From Bugula neritina (taxonomy: Eukaryota > Animalia > Bryozoa), in the NCBI GenBank assembly GCA_964035545.1, contig OZ037768.1:17219875-17283874 (forward strand): a DNA stretch of 64,000 nucleotides, in the 5' to 3' direction. Below the pieces are notes generated by a model, which saw nothing but the letters and a program-made list of their open reading frames with translations, was not told the DNA's origin and ran no database searches. Shown here piece by piece: positions 11,801 to 22,600 of the stretch. Position numbers and translations under genes: made by a program. Each line of letters opens with the position of its first letter. The stretch's first letter is position 1.

Positions 11801-14800
11801 CTGGGCCGCTCCTATAGTAGTGGTTACCAAACCGTCTGGCAAAGTTCGCATCTGTGGAGATTTCAAGCGACTCAATCAGTGCATCTCCATAGATCAGCAT
11901 CCACTACCAAAACTGGATGATTTAATGAACAGGCTTAGAGGAGGTAAATTCTTCACCAAACTTGACTTGGCTGATGCTTACCTACAACTTGAGCTAGAAG
12001 ATGATGCCAAACAGCTGTGTGTGATAAACACTCCATTCGGATTATACCAATATAATAGAATGTGCTTTGGAATTGCCCCTGGTCCAGCTCAGTTTCAACG
12101 GTGTATGGATACCTTGACTCAAAAATTACCAGGAGTTGCTGCATACCTTGATGATTTAATCATTACTGGTAAAACGGAGGAAGAACACTGGACTAATCTG
12201 ACAAACCTGCTTTCAACACTTCAAGAGCATGGTTTTCGAATACGATTAGACAAGTGTGAATTCTTCAAGCACTCTGTTGAGTATCTGGGTCACACCATCG
12301 ACAAGGATGGCAAACGACCAACAGCTGCTTCCATGGCAGCTCTCTCTCAATTACCTCGACCACAGGACTTGCACCAACTGCAAGCATTTCTAGGAAAGGT
12401 TAACTACTATGGGCGCTTCATCTCTAATCTTGCGGATAAAGCAGCTCCACTGTACAAGCTCCTCAAGAATGATACCACATTCACATGGTCAAATGAATGT
12501 GAACAAGCCTTTACCCAGCTGAAGAATAGCATTATCAATGCTACTAGCCTGACACACTATGATGAGACAAAACCCCTAATTCTTGCAGCCGATGCGTCAT
12601 CCTATGGATTAGGAGTTGTTCTCTCACAGGATACTGATCAGGGAGAAGTTCCAGTGGCTTACGCTTCAAAAACAAGGAAATGCTATCTACATAGTACAAA
12701 CAGACAGTGGCAACTGGAAGAGGCATGCTAATCAGCTTCAAATTCGCCTTCCATCTACAAATATGAACAAATCAGTGGTACCCAACACACCCCAAGCTGA
12801 TAATAATATTTTCCATCCTCATGAGAGGCGCTATCCAACCAGAGAGCGCAGACAGCCAGATTGGTACAAGCCATAACTCTTAAGTCTAAATTTGTGAGGG
12901 AGGAGTGCTATGTATTGAACTAGCCTTGTCAATACACCACATAGATGCATATTATGACATACCACATTTTATGTGCTCGGTTACTTTTTATTCTAATGTC
13001 TATTTGTTTAAACTCATTATATACAGTTTTTGCCATATCAATATACAAGCCAGTTGTTATTCTGTCACTGTTTATCTACATGTATTTTTATGTCAGTTAC
13101 TTGTTAGCTTCAATACAATACAGTCATACATTCTACTCTACAGCCAATCTTACTTATACGTGCTTAATCTTACTGTTTACTCTTGTTTAACATAAATAAC
13201 AAGAACACAACAGGTGATGCTAGGAAGAGCATCCAGTCATAGTCGCTCCTGTGACCCATTTAACAAAAACCCATTCCATCAAGGGTTTTCTCACAGGGAT
13301 GGCGACTATAAACATTTGTAAGCTTTTTATTAGACAGTGCAACTACTGTCTGCATGGTGTGTGCTGTAACTGTATAAAATACAATAACCGATTACCGTAA
13401 ATGCAGTCAGGAATTCCTGCTCCTGTGTCAGACTGCAGCTCAACAAAAGAGATGGTGGTAGCGAAAAGAAACATGGCGATCATCAGATACAACACCATGA
13501 TGGTCAACTCCTTTAGACAGGCTTTTAGAGTTAATATTATAATCATTAGCCCGTCCACAAAACTTGCAAACTACAAAACAAGTATATAACAGCTCAAAGT
13601 TTACAATGTGCTGTAAATGTTATTTAGAAAGCATCCTGTGAAATGTGTATTAAGCACCAACTACTGGAAAATAACTTATGTTAAATAATAAGGTTGTGGC
13701 CATCTTCTATTTGATGTCATTTTAGCTTCTGTAAATAGAAATGAAACTGCTCGTATATACTGCTTTAGGTACGTTGAATAGTGCATATCCTAAAAAGTCT
13801 TTTGTTATGTTGAGAAAAAAACTGGAATAAGCAAAAACCATAACACAAAATTATTCAAAGTGACCCAATTATATGAAAAGAACTGTCCATATAATATCCA
13901 AATGTGTAAGTATAGGTGTAGGTCTAAGTGTAGGTGTAGGTGTAGATCTGTAGATGTAAGTGTAGGTGTATTGTGTAGGTGTATTGTGTAGGTGTAAGTG
14001 TAAATGTAGGTGTAAGTGTAGGTGTAAGTGTAAGTGTAAGTGTAGATGTAAGTGTAGGTGTAAGTGTAGGTGTAAGTGTAGATGTAAATGTAGGTGTAAG
14101 TGTAGGTGTAAGTGTAAGTGTAGGTGTGAGTGTAGGTGTGAGTGTAGGTGTGAGTGTAGGTGTAAGTGTAAGTGTAGGTGTAGATGTAAGTGTAGGTGTA
14201 AGTGTAGGTGTAAGTGTAGGTGTAAGTGTAGGTGTAAGTGTAGGTGTAAGTGTAGGTGTAAGTATAGATGTAAATGTAGGTGTAAGTGTAGGTGTAAGTA
14301 TAAGTCTAGGTAGGTCAAGTAGAATGCCTAATCAATTTTGCAGTTTTAGCAGTTTGAAAAAATCTGCAAATAAATTTAGGAATTATTATTTCAGATTTGC
14401 CTAATTACAAACAGAAAACCGTTGGAGGTAATTTAAAATTTAAAGTTAGCAATTTAATTAAAATTTTACTGAGCTTACTGATCAGCTCAGCTTATGTACT
14501 AATAGGAACAAGTTTACAGCTCCCATTGACTGTGCGTCACAACTGTGAGTAATGAAAGATTGAATTTCTGGTATATTGCATTGATGTGTGTGTAAATATT
14601 GTAAACAAAATTAAATTATCAATAATTTGCTAAATGCAAACTCTTGAAAAATATAGCTTTTCAAACCAATAATATCATTATAAACATTATTTGTGCAGAA
14701 AATACTGCAACTAGACCCAATTTTAAAATGAAGTCTGTTGAATAAGTATTGAGAAGGTAAAAGATCTAGCAAAAATATTATCAACTGTAAATAGGAAGGA

Positions 14801-16003
14801 ATGTGACTACCAATGTTTCAGCCAACCCACAATTTATTTTTTTTTTAATTATAATTTCTGTTTATATAAAGTAATTAGGTTAGAGCTGTTTTCCTTGAGA
14901 ACAAAATTGAAGTGCTGTCTAGAATAAAGTTATACCCTATCAAAAGAAAATATTAAAAGTTAAAGTACCTGAAATATCTTGAAAATCTTCAAGACCTGCA
15001 ACGACTGGAATATCATCAATACTCTATGTATTTCTTTGTCATAGTGCTCATCAAAGTCGTACGAATTTGATATCGATGTCAGTGCAAACGAGCTAACAGC
15101 ACAGAGCCCTGAAAATATGTCCATCCAGTTAATAAATGATTTGAAATACATCAATCCTGGGCACAGAATCAAACGCAGTACTGTTTCAAAAACGAAAAAT
15201 GTCATGAAAACTCTCTTGGCTGTAATGATCCAAGGTTTTGGTGAGCTGTGGACGTAGCAATCAATTTTCTTCATTCCCGAGCAACCGATATTTTCTATGG
15301 CCTGCTCCATGTCACCAGTTAGGTTTCTGACAAAGCTTCTAGCTTCCTTCTCCGGGTTCGGTTGTCTGTAGTGCACACTGGTTCCTAGACCATGGATAAT
15401 CAAATACAGAAATACAGAAGCAATGGTGATCACAGCATACATGACTGACAGTCTTCTAAACTTTGTATATGGACCAAGTGGGTCAGTTATAAAACACCAA
15501 CATGTATATCTCAGCTCTAAAAACTTGTTAGACCCTGGAGGAGGTGGTGGTGCTCGGTTTTCCAGCCACTGGAACTCGGCTTCCAAACGGGATTCTTCAT
15601 CATCTTGAATTCCATTGATACCATCACTCGGAATATTCCAGAAGTTTATTTCTTCCATCACCAGCTCTTTGTCATATCCAGATGGTACATTCAGCACATT
15701 ATATCTGAGAATATTCAGAACTGCATTGAATAATGCAGGATCTCTATCAAAATAGAATGCGTTGAGCTCTTCAATCCAATGATCTGCTAGTAAATGCGGA
15801 GAAGCAAACTTGCTGTGTGGGTAACTTTTTATCAGCTGATTAGAAACAATAAACTTTTCTCCTGATATGTTGAAATGAAAGAGTTGAAGTGAAACCTTGC
15901 TTTTCTCTTTAGTGTGTTTTACAGCCATCTTTTCATTTTCTACGCCCACTTTATTTTTGCTGATAGCAAAAACTGCCGTAGCTACAGCCGCAAAGTCAGC
16001 CAT
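8896..16003 (-). CDS. Voltage-gated K+ channel family subunit, Shaw/Kv3-like and divergent (paralog B)
   Basis: Coding exons 16003-14969, 13570-13396 and 9188-8896. Exon phases and the 175-bp middle exon match paralog A; filter [12 protein letters not shown]. The second coding intron carries the Gypsy insertion. Confidence 0.9.
9868..13212 (+). mobile_element. Ty3/Gypsy LTR retrotransposon (Mag-like), internally deleted and non-autonomous
   Basis: LTRs of 307 bp at 9868-10174 and 12906-13212 (TG...CA, no differences seen by eye). 5-bp TSD GGTGA at 9863-9867 and 13213-13217. PBS TGGTGTCAGAACTGGGAT at 10177-10194, a near-complement of the tRNA-Leu 3' end. PPT GAGGGAGGAG at 12896-12905. Confidence 0.97.
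10218..12731 (+). CDS. Gag-protease-reverse transcriptase polyprotein, truncated in RNase H
   Basis: 837-aa ORF with tandem Cys/His knuckles (CPQCYISHDRKQC, CKLCNKTGHISSVC), protease WDTGA, RT motifs WAAPIVVV, RICGDFK and YLDD, and the RNase H start ADASSYGLGVVL...VAYASKT. Homology then breaks off and there is no integrase core. Confidence 0.93.
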   Translation: MEEVIKQLVTIMQQQQQQQMEQFAQILGQFTTAVKPGEPAQNKSVTVPRFDSYDRDKESWTQYLQRLNQHFTVYNVSDSEQKRACLLSWIGSECYELLTKLYGSEDITTMSFDNLAGKLSTHFIETKHVQAARYQFYNCKMKPNQSYSDWAADLRGLARNCNFTCKKEDCGESYVDDQIRDIIIKETPHADVRRQCLLDPDPTLENVLKKAATYIQTAETDKVLKGETSTPVTTNQMSSTYKRQNKGSQGKRPQFHKSENQTAMPTQPSKLKSCPQCYISHDRKQCPHRNKQCKLCNKTGHISSVCKTSSKSSGNNSHFVEESSSSVYNIYERKGKQIWINTTVNNKQTQFQWDTGATCSMVGNKGYEALGSPPYQQTDTTLHSYGNTAMQVRGECYVTVTIGQTTKNNLRLLIVDSDEGVNLLGVDWSDSFGLSQQGLSAVDSDTEVTNAVHNVDTKVKVLTTKYPDVFKPGIGHCKTFKVPIYLKSEQKPCFSKPREIPYSQHEATRAELNRLEAEGVIQRINFSNWAAPIVVVTKPSGKVRICGDFKRLNQCISIDQHPLPKLDDLMNRLRGGKFFTKLDLADAYLQLELEDDAKQLCVINTPFGLYQYNRMCFGIAPGPAQFQRCMDTLTQKLPGVAAYLDDLIITGKTEEEHWTNLTNLLSTLQEHGFRIRLDKCEFFKHSVEYLGHTIDKDGKRPTAASMAALSQLPRPQDLHQLQAFLGKVNYYGRFISNLADKAAPLYKLLKNDTTFTWSNECEQAFTQLKNSIINATSLTHYDETKPLILAADASSYGLGVVLSQDTDQGEVPVAYASKTRKCYLHSTNRQWQLEEAC
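13905..14312. repeat. Hexamer microsatellite (GTGTAA/GTGTAG)n
   Basis: About 400 bp of GTGTAR units in an intron of Kv paralog B; it explains the HLHL, CRCK and VGVS ORFs. Confidence 0.97.
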
Positions 16004-18211
16004 ATTTCTTATATAGATACTACCTGCGAGTAAAGGATACAAATTATTTAACCTAGAAACAACACTGAAATGCCGTGAACATTTATTGATTGCATATAAA
16101 CACACATGAATTATTGAATAAATTCAACATATAAAGACAATCCTCATCATGATGGCTTATTATAATACATTTATTGTATTACGATTTGTAATAAATTCTT
16201 TTTAGATGAACTCGAATTTTTGTTTGCTACAGTATATAGACTAATGCCAGCTTGAATCTTTGTTTATTTTAAAAACTAATGACAGAAAAAAAATGTGATG
16301 AAATCTATTTGAAAACATAAAAGCCAAGCTGAGATGAAGTGCTTGTATTTAAATGTTTTACTTACTCAAACTTTCAGTTTCTAGAAGAGTAGACTCATGA
16401 ACTCGCTCTATCCTTATCCTTGCATCCTCTCAGAAGCTCATGCTGGCACACACTAAATTTATATACTATGCAGTGACCACATTTCACAATAAAATAATCC
16501 TGTATAATACTGGTTGATCAGACACTTATCCCATATTACAACTACTAAACACTGATTCTATTCAATAATGAAGAGAGCTAAAAAATCAACCTATTTGATT
16601 GCAGGTTTATCGACATGGCTCTTTCACTTTATTCAAATATTGATTTAAGATTTTCCATTTTCCTGGAAAAGTTCATTGCCATTACTGAATATATTATAAA
16701 TGTTAAATATTATTCCATCCCACATTTTACATAAAAGGTAATCTCCCTCTTGTGCCCATTTGAAATCCATTTCAAGCTTTATTTTCTATCATAATAAAAT
16801 ACTGTGTAGGCAAATATAACTGCATGGCTTTGATATTAACCATTGGATGGCCAACATGATATAGCATTAAACTAAACCACAATGAAGAAAATTAGGATGA
16901 GTTATGAAATTATGTTGCACCAAAATCACATGGGGCAGTTAATTAAGTTATATATTTACAATAATTTGTGCAATTGTTGTATATGTAGCTTGTGTCCGAA
17001 TCAATTGCTGTCATTATTTGCTTGCTTCGGGTTAATAAACACAAATGATTTCAAACACAAATTATTTCAAAAGTAATATGTAATAGCATGAATACATAGC
17101 TCTAATTGTCAACTCACTCTGCTCTTTGAATAGACATGTATACACGATTTCTGTTACTTCCTCAAGCAATGAAAACGACTGAATATGAATTGGTTTGATA
17201 TTTGAAACTGCATGTGGATATACAATGCCCATGTGCAACTAAGTGCTCTACACATTTTATTATCATAATTTATCAGTTATACATGTATAGCAGATGCCAG
17301 TGAAAGGAAATACAGCATATTATATGCAACAGATATTGGACTTTAGTGCCAAAACATCCTTATTACTGCTGCTGTAATATGTACTATAGACTATATCAAT
17401 AATGAAGCATGTAATTTTATTGCCTTTTCATTTCGCTTCATATGACTGACATCATGGCAGATGGATGCTGCCTTGCGGTGTGTTTTTTCACAATATGGAG
17501 TTGTTCCTCTTGGTACAGCTAATGCTTATACTCTTGTAGCTGTCATCCTTTCAACTGTGTGAGCATAATGTATATTGTGTTAGCAGGATTGATCATGGAA
17601 TGAAATGACAAAATATGATAACATTTGCATGTATGGAATTGAATAAAACAATGGCCAAAGCAATGGTCCACAATGATGATGTAAAACTTAAACATATTAA
17701 ATTCATTTACTGACTGCTAATTAAGTTTTAAAAATTTTCTTTAACACTTGGGGTGAAAAAATTGTTGCTGGTAATTAAATTGTTGTTACATATAATATTT
17801 TTGACTACTATTAGAGATCAAGCCCAGTCAACAAAAATTCATTTACTACTATTAGCATTATTATTTAATCATATAAACTAACCTGCCAGCTGCCCAATAC
17901 TTTAACTTTCACTAATACTCCTAGTCTGTTGTCTAGAAAGTTATTTAATCTACCAGGGTGAGGCTATGAAGACTCGCCAGAAGAGAGCATTTGTGAGACA
18001 CATGGACCAGAAACACTGGTTTGACAATACAATGAAGTCTAATAGCAGAGTTACAACTATAGCATAAGCTAGACAGGATGTGGTGAAAGAGGTGCCATCA
18101 GCCATTGTAATTCACCTACAACAATAGCGAAGTCTTTTAACACACTGTATATGCTGTCTGCCAACTCTCCCTTCCCGATGACCTCTGCAGGTTGAAATAG
18201 AAGCCTTGAAT

Positions 18212-18405
18212 AAAAAGCTCACGCAAGCTTATAGTCGCTATCCCGTCAGAAAGCCCCTTATGGAAGGGTTTTTTGTTAAAATCAGGCTAAGGATGAGGCA
18301 CAGGAGCAATTATGACTGAATGCTCTTCCTAACATCACCAATGGCCTTTGTCCGGACTCATGTTTACTAGGCAAGCGCTCTAACCCCTAGACTACGGCTA
18401 CTCTC
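18212..18405 (-). mobile_element. tRNA-derived SINE copy 3
   Basis: Reverse complement of the SINE core and head (...TGCTCTTCCTAACATCACCAATGGCC...CTAACCCCTAGACTACGGCTACTC). Confidence 0.8.
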
Positions 18406-18578
18406 TGAGTTAAATACTTTGAATGATCTAGATATAAGTAGCATAATTTATAGTTCCTATAGATGCTATAAAACTCGTTTTATTTGCAGAATATTTGTGC
18501 AATTAAGTTCAATGAGTAGACCGTTCTATATTTTTGGAGTGAATAGTTAAATAAAGGCAAAGTTCTACCCAAGACAGA

Positions 18579-18582
<4 letters not shown>

Positions 18583-18642
<60 letters not shown>
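18583..18642. repeat. (TA)n microsatellite
   Basis: About 30 TA units; the tract resumes at about 18957-18975 on the far side of the ribozyme-bearing insert. Confidence 0.95.
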
Positions 18643-18645
<3 letters not shown>

Positions 18646-18957
18646 CAATCTGTGGACAGCAGCTGTTTCGGGGTTTGTCCCCTCATCAGCACAGAACAGA
18701 GTACCATGGCCCACACCTTCGCAATAGTAGAAACTTATGTTTCTACTAAAGCATATTTAAAAGGTGTGTAAACTCAAGCCAGAGAGCTCAAGTGACTCTA
18801 GGGTCACCTAGGAGTCACGAGCCTTGCAAAATGCTAGCAGCTTGAGTTTGTGACCATGGTGAGAGAGCTCAATCACTGAATGTCATTGCTGAGCATTAAG
18901 TGAGAGCATAATACCTCAATCTGTGGACAGCAGCTGTTTCGGGGTTTGTCCCCTCAT
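18642..18957 (-). mobile_element. Retrozyme-like or Penelope-associated non-autonomous retroelement (271-nt period, about 1.17 monomers)
   Basis: A direct repeat of about 45 bp at 18642-18686 and 18913-18957 contains the hammerhead; the second copy is truncated. There are internal hairpins and (TA)n on both flanks. Confidence 0.7.
18649..18695 (-). ncRNA. Type I hammerhead ribozyme
   Basis: The minus strand reads TCTGTG-CTGATGA-GGGG-ACAAA-CCCC-GAAA-CAG-CTG-CTG-TC-CACAGA: stem I TCTGTG/CACAGA, core CUGAUGA, stem II GGGG/CCCC, GAAA, a minimal stem III and a GUC cleavage triplet. Confidence 0.9.
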
Positions 18958-19206
18958 ATATATATATATATATATGTTGGAGGAGTCATGGGCCTTGCAT
19001 TATAATGCAAATTGAATTCATGATATCTCTGAGCATAAATTATGTATGCATTATATTAAATATGTAAATGCATACATAAACTAGTTTTGGGAATTGGGAC
19101 ATAGAATGTATATCATTGATATTTTTCATATGCAGATATGTTTAAATTCCTTAATCATAAAATGATATAGAAAACTGAGCTTCAATTATTTATAGCCTAT
19201 TGTTTT

Positions 19207-19208
<2 letters not shown>

Positions 19209-19286
<78 letters not shown>
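19209..19286. repeat. (TA)n microsatellite
   Basis: About 39 TA units. Confidence 0.95.
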
Positions 19287-19292
<6 letters not shown>

Positions 19293-19630
19293 ATAAATAT
19301 ACGAGAAAAATTATTGATTCATTATTTTATTAGGCAAAGTAATTATACTGATATATATATATATATGTACAAATTTGTCATAAAACTCACCACATAAAAT
19401 TATAAAGATTATCCTGCTTTACATCATAACAAGTAAATCATTGTATTAATATGCAATAAAACATGTCAAAATATCAAATATGCTGCAATCACTAGCCGCT
19501 TTAACATGTTGTATACCCTTATTAAGTAGTACGCATTAAATGTAATGTAACAAGTGATGACAACCACGTAAACACACTACTATGAAAGTATATATAACAT
19601 TGATGACAAATGATAATAATTTTATTCTTT

Positions 19631-22600
19631 TCATTCTTGAGAGTTGAGTTTTGAAATATCTGAAGTTGTCGTTCCAGCAGAAGTGTTTTTCTGTTTGTGT
19701 TTCTTCTTCAAGGCAGCAAACAACAGCCTTCTTCTCTTCCTATTGTGCTCCCAGTAGACGTTAAAATGGCTGCCAATAATGGCCACTGGCAAAGCCGTAA
19801 GAATAATTCCAGAAATAGCGCACAAAACTCCGACAAAGTATCCACCAACTGTAGAAGGATAGAAGTCACCGTATCCAACTGTTGTCATGGTGATGATTGC
19901 CCACCAATATCCTAAAACCCAAAGAAATACTTGGCTATAAAGAATATCCGTTGTAAAGTCACAATGCAATGCTAGCCTACAGGCTTTATTTTGCATTTTT
20001 CATCATAAATTGACCAAAGAGCATAGAGATTTTGGTTCGCCGACTATTGGGTTCAAAAACTTCAGCTTATTAGCAACATGAAATGCCTATTACTGATGGA
20101 TGTATTTTTCTGCTTCTGCTCACTTGCCTTTGAAGAAACACCTATTTGTTACACACTGATGCAAAATAGACCAGTTTCGCAGTGATTTCAACAATTGCTT
20201 TAATTTCCCAACTGGTGATATAATATATCAGTTAATTAAAAGAATTTTTCTGAGTGCCAACAACAATAAAAATTCACACATCAATGAAGTCACAAGACAA
20301 ATGTTTAGTGTCCTAATATAATTTGCCTGACAATTACATCAAGTTTTATATCTTTCAGCACAGTGTGAGTAACTTTGCCTTGGCCCTAGACCAAGGCTGT
20401 CCAACAGCCGGGCCCCAGGGCCGGATGTGGCCCCCTGCCTACATTTATGTGGCTCTCAAAGACATAAAACTAAAATTATTTTTCACAGCATATACATGAA
20501 TTAGAGTGAAAAACCACCTGCCTGATTTATACACATGCTATAAAACATGCAGCCAGCATCAACTATTGGGACTTTATTCTGTAATGATTCATAAGAATTT
20601 GGAATAAAATAATTCATTAAATACTGTGGCTGTGGCCCCCAGCACAAACTAAAGTTTACAATGCGGCCTTCCCCACAAAAAATTCAGTGGCCCTCGATCT
20701 AAAAAGTTTGGACACTCCCGCCCTAAACAGTGTGGTTTTAGTCAACAAGTGTAAAGGCCTTAGTATTGGTCAGCCTACCCACACTGGCTAGTTTATTAAC
20801 GTATAATGATAGTATAATGATGACTACAATGCCGAGGTTGTATGGTCACTTACTGGGTTACCTTTATAGTTTATAGCATTACCAGCCAGTGACTTATTTA
20901 ATCAATAATTTTCTTTCCTTTTATTTTCTAAAGTTCACAGTCAACACTCACCATCCAAGCTTAAAATTCATTGCTTTTACAAAATATAATTGGCCTATGT
21001 AAAGAATAATAAGCAATTGCTTTGTAGATAGTTTTATGTTATTAGAAGTTGTAACTGCAAATTGTTAGAAAAAGAGGAATACAAAATCATTGATACAAAA
21101 AGCTTTGAGGTGAGGTGGATTAATGAAGAGGTTAGGAAAAGCCTGTGTTCTAAATCAAAAATGCAACAAATAAAGTTATGTTCTTTCAAAGATTATTCAA
21201 GCTATATCTCAAGCCTAATTCATAATGAAAATTAAAAAACTTAATCTATTGAAATTTCTTTCTTACTGAACCTAAATATTTCTACCACAAAGATACTTGT
21301 ACAGCAAAATACCAAAAATAGATTCAGCCCCTAATTAAATGTTTACACATTTATACTAACTGTAGTGCCAGTTCTCTGTAACATGAAAAATTGATATCTG
21401 AACATATTGTTGTCCAATTTTGTTGTTGTCACATAAAGAGTTCAATAGAATTGCCTCCTCCACCTATAGGCCTTAAGGTGGTAAACTTCAAAGCAAAGAA
21501 TCTTAAGAATTTTGAAAAATAGATAAAGGATGTTTTATGCCGATCTTCAGTATTTCTTGATATATTACACAGTATCCTCCATATAGACATGCAAGTGCTT
21601 TTGCAGTCACTGTCCACTTTTAATTTAATAGGGGCTGCTAGAATGGTATGATAAATCATATCTGTTGACTATATTGGTCATAGTAAAATATGATTGGTAT
21701 GAGCTTTGCTAATAAATTTTAACAAAGCTTTCTTGTGTCAAGCAGGTATAATTTATTTATGATAAATTTGCATGCTTGTCAAAGGTTTTCACATGCATTT
21801 TTAGACACACCTAAAAGTTAATGCAGTTTTTGATGTTGCATTAGGCAACCTAACATAGATTTTATTAGACTGTCTATGAAAATCTTAGCAAGTAAACGCA
21901 ACTATTAATTCCTTAGCTTTTAAAAATTAATCCCTGACCAGAAGTACCACACATGGTCATAAAATATGAGCAATTTCTCCAGCAGATATGCTGAAAGAAG
22001 TGAAGATATTTGATCATATGGTTGACTGACTTTGATCAACACTATAAACCTTGTTGGAGAATAAGTGTGATAGTAATGGCATCAGCCTGCATGGAAGAGC
22101 ACAAGAGGAATGATGAGATCAGAGGCATGGCAGGAGTAAAAGCAGTAACTGTATCGATGAGGAAGAGTTAGCCTAGGGCCACACAGTGCGTATTTTCGCA
22201 TGCGAAAATTGAAATCACAAGTAGCAAAGGTGTCCACTGTAGCGTCAGTGACGCGTGATAAATAAAGCATTCATTTTAAAAAATCGCACTCGCTTTCAAT
22301 AAAACGCAATTACTGGAATATAGCACTAAAATAAAGAAATTGGGCTCGCTGAATAACTACCAGCCAATTAGGTGACGATGACCGAGACGATTCGCACTTG
22401 CGTTGAAAATGCAGAGCGACAAGTGCGAATGTTTTCTCAATGCGCACAGTGGATACCTTTGCTACTTGTGATTTCAATTTTCGCATGCGAAAATACGCAC
22501 CGTGTGGCCCTAGGCTAAGCTGAAATGGTATGGGCATGTATGCAGGTGAGACAAAGAGGAGGGCATAAAGAGAATCAGCAACATCAGTGTGGAAGGCAAG

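Larger units (their letters stand above)
9786..13328 (+). mobile_element. tRNA-derived SINE copy 2, split by the LTR retrotransposon
   Basis: The head at 9786-9867 (GGTCTAGGGGTTAGAGC...GATTCGAGCC...GGCCATTGGTGA) continues at 13213-13328 (GGTGATGCTAGGAAGAGCATCCAGTCAT...). Confidence 0.8.

Noticed and set aside
9861-13195. Duplicated 81-98 aa hydrophobic ORFs
   Set aside because: They lie wholly in the two LTRs and are duplicated for that reason; they show no protein motifs.
13869-14404. His-Leu, Cys-Arg/Lys and Val-Gly/Ser repeat ORFs
   Set aside because: They are translations of a GTGTAR microsatellite that is open in several frames; not metallothionein-like or His-rich genes.
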